A stretch of 49,268 nucleotides of DNA from Fonticula alba ATCC 38817 (Eukaryota > Protista > Nucleariida), in assembly GCA_000388065.2 (NCBI GenBank), contig KB932205.1. One strand, written 5' to 3'. The stretch's first letter is position 1. Each line of letters starts with the position of its first letter. This document shows positions 12,179 through 21,743 of this stretch, piece by piece. Under the pieces are notes generated by a model. It worked only from the letters and a program-made list of their open reading frames with translations. It was not told where the DNA came from and did no database searches. The translations under genes were made by a program, and so were the position numbers.

Positions 12179-12770
12179 CCATAACCTGCTGCTGTCTACC
12201 CACGCCTGCACATGCGTCCATGTGCGCGTGTGCGCCTGCCCATGATGCATCCACCCTGCCCCCACGTTGCAGGCTACCCCACCAGCTGCAATCGCTTCCT
12301 ATTTGTCCTTGTGATCCCCTCGGGGCTTTCTCTCTTCCTCTGCCACGTCTACTGCCCTGCGGCGCGCGATGCCCGCCCGTGGCGTGTTGCCTCTTCCATC
12401 TGTCTTGCCCGGGACCCACCCCCTTCGAGGAGGGGCGCTGGTCACCTCTTCATGTGCGGCTCGACGGGCCTCCTCCCTCTCCCTCCCTCCCCCTCCCTCT
12501 CTCCCTCCCTCTCTTCATACACGCATAACCACACACGCTCAACAATACACCCTCCCTGTATCTTGCACGAGGATGCGCTCTCGTCGCGTGTGCGTGCGTT
12601 GCACGCGCGCCCCAACGGGGGGGGCGGGGGCGGGGGCGGGGGCTGTGGCTGCCTTCCTGCCGTCCCGCCGCCCCATGCCCTGCCTCGGCCAAGAGAACCA
12701 AGGTGCCAGCGAATGCGGAGCATCCTGGAATACGCGAGCATATGTTGATCTTTTCCGACCACCCCCATAA

Positions 12771-12844
12771 GTCCGAATGGTGTAGTCGGTTATCACATTC
12801 GCCTCACACGCGAAAGGTCCCCAGTTCGAACCTGGGTTCGGACA
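12771..12844 (+). tRNA. trnV-CAC: tRNA-Val (anticodon CAC), intronless
   Basis: Acceptor stem GTCCGAA/TTCGGAC plus discriminator A; D arm GTGTAGTCGGTTATCAC; anticodon stem TTCGC/GCGAA with loop CT-CAC-AC (anticodon 12805..12807); T arm CCCAG-TTCGAAC-CTGGG. Confidence 0.97.
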
Positions 12845-12849
12845 CTTTC

Positions 12850-12860
12850 TTTTGATTTTT
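12850..12860 (+). terminator. RNA polymerase III oligo-T terminator of tRNA-Val
   Basis: T4 (12850..12853) and T5 (12856..12860) runs lie just downstream of the tRNA 3' end. Confidence 0.7.
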
Positions 12861-13137
12861 GCCCCGCCCCGCCAGGGGGGTGGCCGTTGCATTGTTTTTT
12901 GTTTTTTCTTCGACTTCGCATCGCTGGTGAAGCCATATCTTTCCCCTTTGTCTGAGGGAGGAAAATGCACAGATGCCGGGGTCACGATTTAGCTATATTG
13001 TGTGCAGGAAGGGGGGGTAGAGGTGGGCGGGAGAGAGAGAGAGAGAGAGAGAGAAAAAGAGGCAGAGAAACGAGGGAGACTGCCCGGGGCTCCGATCAAA
13101 CGCAATGGCCGCCGTTGGGAGGCAGGAGGCCAGGGCC

Positions 13138-14583
13138 TCACTCGCCACGCCAGTCGTTCCAGTTGAAACGCAAGTTGGGCAGGAGACGCGCCCGCTCGTC
13201 GAACCGCTTGACCGGGTTGTCTGACAGGTCCACCAGTCGCAGGCGGAATAGGTCGGCCAGCATGTCCGGGACAATGCAAATCTTGTTGGAGCTGAGAGAC
13301 GGCAAGAGGGCAGGTGGTGAGACGCCAGGCAAACAGGGGAGCAATGCATGTGTATGTGCTCTGAGAGGGCGAGAGAGAGCCAGGGTGGAGGGCGACGCAG
13401 CGGGAATGGCGGCACACGAGCGTGGCGCGCACCTGACGTTCAGCTCCCGGAGATTGACCAAACGCGACAGGTTCTCCAGGACCACCTCCTGCACGGTGGA
13501 GCGCAACAGCGCCGGTCGCCGAGGCGGTGTGAGGGCAGATGGGGGGGGGGGAGGGGGGGCTGTTAAGTCGGTGTGTTTGCCGGGCACGGGCGCGCATGCT
13601 CCGCCTGGGGGCGAGGTGAGGAGGAAGAGGCAGGAGAAGGCCCGCCAGATTGGGCGCACGTCTAACGACTCGAGGATGCCCTCGCTCAGGTCCAGGGTCT
13701 CCACATAACGCATCTGCCCGATGACCGGCGGCAGGGTGACGAATTTGTTCTTGTTCAGCTCGAGGACGCGGATCTGCGCAGAGTGCACGCATAAATGCAT
13801 GTATGTGCGCACGCGTGCGCACGCGCGCGCGAGGGGATGGCGCAGGAGGGAAGGTGAGTGACATGCCCTCGGCAAGGGGAGATGCCCCCCGTAACACGCG
13901 CACCGGCAGGTCTGAGAGCGTCGACGGCAGGTCGGTCAGCAGGTTACCATGCACACGGAGGACCTTCAGTGAGGATAGTGCCCCAATGGCCTCGGGGATC
14001 TCCTGGATTTGGTTTGAAGAGAGATCCAGCTCAACGATGTTGTTCAGGGAAAAGATGCACGAGGGAATGCGCGTCAGCTGGTTGAAGGACACTTTCAGAT
14101 CCATCAGACAGACAGCCAAGCTGGACAGATTCCGCGGCAGGTCCTTGAGGGCGTTGCCTATCGGGGGAGGGAGAGAGAGAGAGGGCGCGTTAGGCTGGGA
14201 TTTGGGTCGCGCACAGGGCCAAGGCCAGGTGAGGACAAGCGGGGCCGAGGTCGGCCACCGGCACGCACCGTCCAGGTGCAGTACGCGCAAGCGCAGCATT
14301 TTTCCGATGTCATTGTCAATCGTGGTGATCTGATTCCCCGCAAGGACCAGCTTCTCCAGCTGATCCAGACGGTAGATGGCTGTCGGGAGCGTCTTCAGAT
14401 CGCTGTAGCTGCAGGCGAGGCGAGGGGCCGATGGAGCGGGAGGGCGGGCAAATGGACAGGTGAGCAACCCCGCATGGGGAGGGCCGGCAAGAAAAGCACC
14501 CACTGGCCGGCCACGAGGTACCTGAGATCAAGCTCCCCAGTGATGGCGGCCCGCTTGATGGCAGACGAATGTGCGTTACCCAT
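13138..14583 (-). CDS. Leucine-rich-repeat protein, LRRC57-like, with N-myristoylation motif (259 aa)
   Basis: complement(join(13138..13291,13433..13488,13660..13773,13904..14157,14269..14408,14522..14583)) = 780 nt. Splicing restores LRRs across junctions (ELDLSYSDLKTLP, LHLDGNALKDLP, ELNVSSNKICIVP). N-terminus MGNAHSSAIKRAAITG resembles LRRC57 (MGNSALRAHVETAQKTG). Confidence 0.85.
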
Positions 14584-14879
14584 TTGGCCAAACTACATGC
14601 GAGGAGGCAAAAGTGACAGAGGGAGGGAGAGGAGGAGGATAGAAGGGGGCAAGGAGGTAGGGAGGGAAAAGGAGCTGAGCCGGGCTGGGGAACATGTTGG
14701 AGTCGGATGGTGGAGGCGCCAGCGTTTTTCAGGGCTGGCCCTTTTGAGATCTGGCTCGGGACCTGGGGCTCGCGGGCGATCGGCGCCGGCCCGTCCGCCT
14801 CCGGCCTGGCCGGGGCGCGAGAAGGCCGATCCCTCGGGCCGGCTGGGAAAATAATGACAACAACGCCAACACCGGTAGC

Positions 14880-14911
<32 letters not shown>

Positions 14912-15116
14912 TGGCGGCGGCGGCGGCAGGGCCGTGTGACGGAAGAGCCGCCAGCCGAGGGCCAGAACATGCGGGGAGGCCGGCCGCGGTTCTGAGCCTG
15001 CCCCACGCGAGCGCACAGTCATCCGGCACTGGGCCAACGGCCAGCGACGAGCCTTTTTTTTTACCCCTTGATGAGGAAGGCCCATTTTCGCGTGGGGGAG
15101 GCGTGAAGATCGCGCA

Positions 15117-15118
<2 letters not shown>

Positions 15119-15179
<61 letters not shown>
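15119..15179. repeat. Poly-C homopolymer (61 nt)
   Basis: Uninterrupted C run upstream of the LRRC57-like gene. Confidence 0.95.
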
Positions 15180-17329
15180 AGAGCCCCCAGCCGCTCTGTC
15201 CGACCCGGACCCCGGGGCCCGGCAGCGACGCGCGGCAGGCAACAGGCCTTTGGTACCAGCGCCCAGGGTCCCGCGTGCTCCGTGGGTACCTCGCGCCCGG
15301 GCAGGGTTCTGTGCCGGCTACGCCGCGGGACGCCCCGCCCCTGCCCGTGTCCCCCCCCCCCCCGCCCCCTTCCCATCAGGGAGACTCCCCAAGAGTAGGG
15401 GGCTCCCTCGGGGAAGGGGGCTGGCTGCAGCCGATCGCAACGGCCCCCCTCCCCCCCAGGTCTGGGCCACGAGAGGTTGCTTGTCTGAGAAAGAGTCGCC
15501 ATTCGACACCATAAAAGGCCTCATTTTCCAGCCCCGTCGGTGCGAGCCCTGCACAGGCCCCGCCCCCGCCCCTCCCCGGGCGCGAAGCGCCAGCAGGGAA
15601 CAGCCCCCGGAGGACCGGTGGGCTGGCACCACCGCACACCACGCGCGTTAGCCGGGACCGCAAACGAGGCGCTATTTGCGGCGGTCGGGCGAACCAACGG
15701 CACTTTCGGTAAATGGTGTTTTCCCATCGTCATATTGGCACTCGGGTCACATGCGCCCCTGTGCATGCAGGCCGGCGGATGGTCGTCCCCGCCCCCCCCC
15801 CCCCCCCGTGCCCCGGGGCCGCTGTTGTGCCTCGCCGCATGCGCCCACACACTTGGCACATACGGCGGCCGAGCTGGGAAGAATGCGCGGAACACCACGC
15901 CGCGGGCGGTCGACAAAAGCGCATGCACCCGGGCCCGGCCTCCCCCGGCGCGCCCGCCTGCCTCCCCGCCCCCCTGTCCAGGACTTGCGAAAGCCTCTCT
16001 GGCCAGGCGCGAATGCCAGGGTACACGCAAGCGAGCCCGCGATCAGCCCCCAGCCGAGCCCACCTTTCTGGCCCCCGCGCCGCCGCCCCCCTCCTCGCCG
16101 GCCTGGCTCTGGTACTCACTCCTCGGTTGAGCGCGCCCGGCTCCCCCCCCCCCCCTGGAACAGTGTGGGCCCCCGATCCGCCTGGCTGCGCATCGGAGCC
16201 ACAAAATGAGGTCAAGCCAAAAGAAGGGGCGCGATGGCAGAAAGACAAAAAGCGGGAACGAGGCACCGGCCGAAACGAGATACATGGGGGGATTGTATAG
16301 TAAAGGGCCGAATCTAATCACAAGTGCATGGGCGGGAAAAGGGAGGGGAGAGGGGAAGGAAAAGGGGGGTGGTTCGAGGAGAGGCACAGAAGGGGAAATA
16401 TGTGAACGTGCGCGGCGCATCGGCGGGGGAGGGGGAGGGACCGCACGTGCACGGACGCGCGGTGACAATGGCGAAGGGGAAGGGGGAGGAGGGAGGTACA
16501 AGAACGAGTGGCGAGGGGGAGGGGAGAACGCCTGTCTCTCTGGTCGGGGGTGAGGGCGGGGGGAGTGTGGGAGGAAGGAAAGAGGGGAGGTGGACGGAAG
16601 GGAAGGGGGGAAGGGTGGTGCGTCGGTCTCCCCCCGGCGCTGTCTCAGTGCCTCTCTCCAGCTGGCGCAGAGGCAGAGGGAGAGGAGGAGCAGAGAGTGA
16701 TATAGCAGGGCCCCACACACACCCACACGCGGCCGCCGTGTGTGTGTGTGTGAGTGAATGAATGCGCGCCACCTGCGCGCATACGCACACACACACACAC
16801 ACACACACGCACGCACGCACATGCACACATCCAAATGTGCAGTGGGGGGGGGAAGGTGGAGGGGATGCAGGGAGGGGGGGGGGGCGGCGGAGGGAGGAGA
16901 GGACGACCCTTGCATTGGCGCGCACGCAGGCGCCAGAGTGCACAGGGGAGGAAGGGGGGGAGACAACAGGCGGGATACCCTCCCACACATCTCGACCACT
17001 CGTGTGAAGGGGCGGAAGAGAGGAGTCGCAGTGGGGGAGAGGAGGACTTTCTCCTGGCGATGGGACAGTGAGGGGGAGAGGGGGCCACACGGGCGGAGAG
17101 AGGTGACCCCCTGTGCCCGGTGCACCGCATGGCGCACGTGCAGGCGTTCAGGCGGGTACGTGTGTGTGTGTGTGTGTACGTGCGTGCGTGCGGAGCGGCG
17201 CACATATGGTGTGCACACGCTTCCCTCGACCCCGTCAGCCATTTGACACACGCATCCACACGTGGGCACACCCCATCATCATATCACCAACATCATCATC
17301 ACCGGGGGAAAATGTGCCGCTGTTACTCA

Positions 17330-18906
17330 TCAGTTGCCACCAGCAGGCGGAGCACCGGCGCCGGTGCTGCTGCCGCGGCCGGAAGTCCAGGACGAGGTGC
17401 CACTGCCGCTGTTGCCGGAGCGCGAAGAGCCGCCGGAACGCGAGGAGCCGCCAGAGCGCGAAGAGCCACCGGAGGGGAAGTTCCGGCCGCCGCCGCTGCT
17501 GGAGCCGCTGCCACCGCCGGAGGAAGACGAGGAGGAAGCCTGGCGGCCGGAGGAGCCGCTGCCGTAGGGGTGCGCAGCCGCGGCCGAGGAGGCAGTGGCC
17601 GGATCAGAGGAGGAGGGGTTCGACGAGGAGCGGTGGCCGCCGGAGCCGCCGGAGCGATGGCCGCCGGAGCCGGAGGTGCGGCGCGGGCCACCGGAGCCCG
17701 TGGAGGAAGAGAGCGAGGCACCGCCGGAGGACCCGGCACCGCCATGGCCGCCGGAGTTGGACATCGGGCCGAGAGCAGGCGACCCGGAGGCCGAGCCCGG
17801 GGCGGAAGAGCCACCGGCGCCGGAGCCGGAGCCCGTCGTCCGGCGAGGCCGGGTGCCACCACTGGAGGAGCTACCACGCGAAGAGCGCGAGGCCGAGCGA
17901 TTGGAGATGGCGCTGAAGGAGGAATACTCGAAGTTTTTCCCGGTGAACCACTGGGGGAAGGACTGAAGGATGGGCGTGGAGGCGGCCGAGTCGGAGATCC
18001 AGATGTCGCACCGGGGGCGGTTCCCCAGGCGGAAGACCAGGCCGTTGATCTGGTTCTTGATCGAGTCGTCCTTGCCCGCAAGGAGACTCTCGGTCAGCAC
18101 GGCCAGGATCATCTCGAACCACTTGGCGTCCGGCAGGTTGTCCGACACGCGGAAGCGACCGCCATTGCAGAAGGCCGAGTCCTCCCAGGCGGGCTTGTAC
18201 CCGTCGCGGAAGATGTAGTAAGTAAAGGAGTCGGTCGAGCTGGCGAACGACGAGGGGGTGTGGATGTTGTTGAAGATCGACCAGAAGTCCTCGATCTGCG
18301 GGGAGGGAAGGGGGTGATGGGCCATGGGGAGGGGGCGCGCGCGGGTGCGTGTCAGAGGGAGGGAGAGAGGGCGCGCGCGGGTGCCAGGGTGGCGGGCGGG
18401 CGAGCGAGGGCGGGCGGGCCACAGAGAGAGAGGTGCGGCTGCCAGGGAGGGGGATGGCGCGTGTGGGGGAGGAGAGGGATGGGAAGCGCCCGGGCGAGAT
18501 GGGCAGGGCGCCGGGCGTGCGCGTGCAGGGGTGTAGGAGGAGAGGTAGAGAGAGAGAGAGAGAGGGGGGAGGCGCACGGTCGTGATGTTGCCACAGTCGA
18601 TGATGGAATCGGTCCAGGTATCGGCGCTGGGGGCGGCCGGGGCGGCGCCGGCACCGGCGGCGGCGGCGGCCGGCGGGGGGGTGGCGGCCGGCTCCGGGCG
18701 GGCGTTGCTGTCCTGGACAGAGAAGACCCAGGTGGAGGGGAAGGTGTACGAGCTCTGTCGGGGGGGGGAGAGAGAGAAGGGAGGGACAGGAAGGCCGGTG
18801 GGGGGGGCAGAAGAAGGAGACGGGTCAGGAGAGAAAGCCGGACGAGGACGAGGGGAGACAGAGATAGAGAGAAAGAAGGAGGGGGGGAGTTGCGCACGGA
18901 GGACAT
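17330..18906 (-). CDS. EIF4E: Divergent eIF4E-family cap-binding protein with long Gly/Ser/Arg-rich C-terminal tail (383 aa)
   Basis: complement(join(17330..18295,18578..18754,18898..18906)) = 1152 nt. Motifs TWVF, DTW, TIEDFWSIFNNI, YYIFRDGYKPAWEDSAFCNGGRF, KWFEMILAVLTESL, RCDIW. Confidence 0.9.
17420..17473 (-). repeat. 18-bp coding tandem repeat x3 encoding (SGGSSR)3 in the eIF4E tail
   Basis: Plus-strand units GCGCGAAGAGCCGCCGGA / ACGCGAGGAGCCGCCAGA / GCGCGAAGAGCCACCGGA. Differences fall at synonymous positions of the minus-strand frame. Confidence 0.85.
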
Positions 18907-21743
18907 GATGGCTATTGACTACTGGAAGAAGCGCTGGAAGCTACAGGGCCTTGAGGAGTTTCCTTGGGGATGTGCAAGAAGGAAAGAGCTAAGGGAAGCA
19001 CGACATCATGCGAGAGGGCAGGCAGGTTAGAGGAGGCGAGTGGCAGGAGGCCGGAAGCGCGGGGCCGGAAGCGCGGGGCCGGGCGATGGCGGGGGCTGGG
19101 CGGGGGAGGGGGTGCGGGGAAACATACAGGTGCGGGGAGCGACTGCCGGAATTCACGCGACGAAAGGCGGGAAACAGCAAGTGCAACGTGCGGGGGGGGG
19201 GGGAGGGGGGAGTTTGGGCGAGGAGGGGGGAGCTCAATATCCAAGGAAGATAGAGAGACAGCCAGGGGGAGGGGGGGAGGGGGAGGATGTAGCTTTCAGG
19301 AACTCCAGGCCGCGGGGCAGGGGGGACCTGGCGCGGGGCGTCGGAAGGCGGCAGGAAAGACGGGGGGCGGCGAGACCTCCTCTCTTTGTGATGCTCTCTC
19401 CGGGGGGGGACGAGGCGACGTATGGGGGGAGGAACGAAAAAAGGACCGATAGGGCAGAAGAGGGGGAGGGGGAGAGACAAGTGGAAAGGACGTGGGGCAG
19501 GGGGGGGGTAAGGGAGGAAAGGAGGAGGAGGATAGGTGCTCACGACCAGGTTGATGCCCGGGCTTCGGGGACCAGGAGGCTGGGGGGCGTGCTGAAGAAA
19601 TTCAGCCCTCTCGCGCACGGGGAGGGCCCAATGTGTCTGTGCGCCGGGGGCGCAAAGCGCCCAGGGGGGGGAGACGCCGCGTTCGGGACGAGAGCAGCGG
19701 GGCACACCACTCTCAGGTGCCGCATCCCTGGACAACGAGCTGGTGCATGGCTCACAGGAACACCCCCCTCCCGACCTCACTACCTCAGTTCTGTTGCCCG
19801 GTCGGGGGGGGGGGGGGGGGCAAGGGGGGAGGCAGGGGCGAGGCGGGGGGGGGGGGCTGGGCGGACGAAGCGCCAGGGCCGGGGGGGGGGGGGGGGCGGT
19901 CGGGCAGCACCGGCCGCTAGCCGGGCGGGGCCGCCCGTGGGCAGGACGCCGCGCACACGTGGGCAGGGTGAGGCACGCATCGGGGGGGGGGGGGGGGCAA
20001 GGGGAGCGACGCCACCTGCTGGGCCAGTGGGCCATGAGCCGGTACGCGAATGTGCCGGCCCCGCGCTGCGCCCTTCGCCCGTTGTGCCCCGCCGCCCCGC
20101 TGGCGTGGCCGGGGTAGCAGCCAGTGGACGGCAGCACCAGCCCCAACTGGCCGCTGCGGGGGGGGCTGGCACCGGGCAGCCTTCTGGGATATGAGCCCCC
20201 GGCCGGCGCGCGTGCCTCGCTTAAGTACAGCTGGGCTGGCAGTGGTTGGCGAACTCCGGCGGGGGGGGGGGGGGGGCCGGGCCCTGCTGAAGGCCGGGTG
20301 GACCGCATGCGCCCCGCCAGGCAGCCGAGAAAAGCGGCAGGGCGAAGGCCTCCGCGAGCCGCCAGCCGGACGAGGACCAATGGGGATCTAGTCCCGGAGA
20401 ACCTGCCCGGCGCGCTTTTCCATTGGCTGGGTGTCCGCCCCGCCCTCCGCCCGCCCCCCTTCTGGGCCGGGAGTTCGCGCGGGCAGCCCCAGAGCAAGGG
20501 GGGTCCGGAGTGGGCACCCCGGGGGAACACATACAGCCCCGGCCCGCACAGTTTGCCCCGGCCCGCGGCTGCTACGGCGACGCAAGTTATCGGATCGGTC
20601 CCCCGCTTGACTGGGGGGGGGGGGGGGGAAGGCCGCGCGGCCACGAGCCCTTGGTTGCCTGCCGCCCCTGCGCAGGAATGATACGCGAGCGATTCAGCCC
20701 TCCCCGCTCCCCCCCCCCCGAGGCGGAGGGACAGCTGAAGAAACAGCGCCTGGCCTGCCCCCTCCGAGAATATGTTCGGAGCATTATTTATTCCGCACTT
20801 TAAGAGCCCACACGGATGGCCTCGCAGGCACTCACGGGCGCGCACTCACCCAAGTCCACCGACAAACAGTTACCCTTGCCTACACTTCCCCTCCCCCCTC
20901 CGGGCTACGGAGAAAGAGTTCGCTCGGTCAAGAATTCCACACGGCCCCTCTTTCTTCCTGGGCCCTGGCGCGGGGGGGGGGGGGGGGGGGGGGGGCCGGG
21001 GACAACCACATGGGGGCCATCTCGAGAGCCCCGCCACCCCCGGGCCCGGGCCGCCCCCGCAGGGAGGAGCGCCCTTTTTCCCCCCCATTGTCGTCGACGC
21101 GGTCCGCTGGCCGGAGGAGCATCTCGGCGAAAGAAAAAAAGCGTGTCTTGCGTGTCCGGGCGTGCTTTTGCAGGCCGCTTGGGCTGGCGGCTCGCGCCGT
21201 CCCGGCGGAAAGGGGAGGGTGTTCATGAAAGACCCCAATGGACACCTCCTAAAGCCCTGGCAGAGTCCGAGTTAGTATAAACCCCAAGCATCAGAACCGG
21301 CGGGTCGGATCGACTGGCAGCCCGCGCCGCGCAGAGTTCCGGCCGCTGTCTAACCCAGTGCCGATTATCGCGCCAGGCCGTTGTCCTATTCGCCAGCCGA
21401 AGGGCCCCAAAATGCGCAGCCCCCCCCCCGCCCCGCCCCCGCCCCGCGCCCCCCCTCCGGCCATGCGCAGCTTTGTTGGCGGCAACGGTCACCATCCTGG
21501 ACATGCAGAACTGCTCTTGGGCGCGCAGGAAGGCTGTATTTCGCCCTGGTCTTTCCCGGGGGGAGAGAGAGAGAGTGGGGGAGGAGGGGCAACACACGCG
21601 CGGCGTGCGCGAGCGTGTGTTGCCCCTCCTCCCCCGGGCGTGTCTATGTGGGTGTGTACTTTGCAGTGCGGCCTCTCCTGGTCCCCACCCGAGGGGGTGT
21701 TACCCCCTCCCGTGCTCGGGTCGCCGGGGGGGGGGGGGGAAGG

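Noticed and set aside
13138-13145. Stop codons overlapping GTGA donor-like sequences (LRRC57-like GA|GTGAGG; LIMR AA|GTGACC at ~12175)
   Set aside because: +4A donors are not used by any supported intron here, no convincing downstream exon was found, and both proteins end plausibly.
17120-19030. 636-aa plus-strand ORF and Glu/Pro-rich ORFs (17262..17567, 17595..17966)
   Set aside because: Antisense shadows of the eIF4E low-complexity tail and its introns; the family motifs are on the minus strand.
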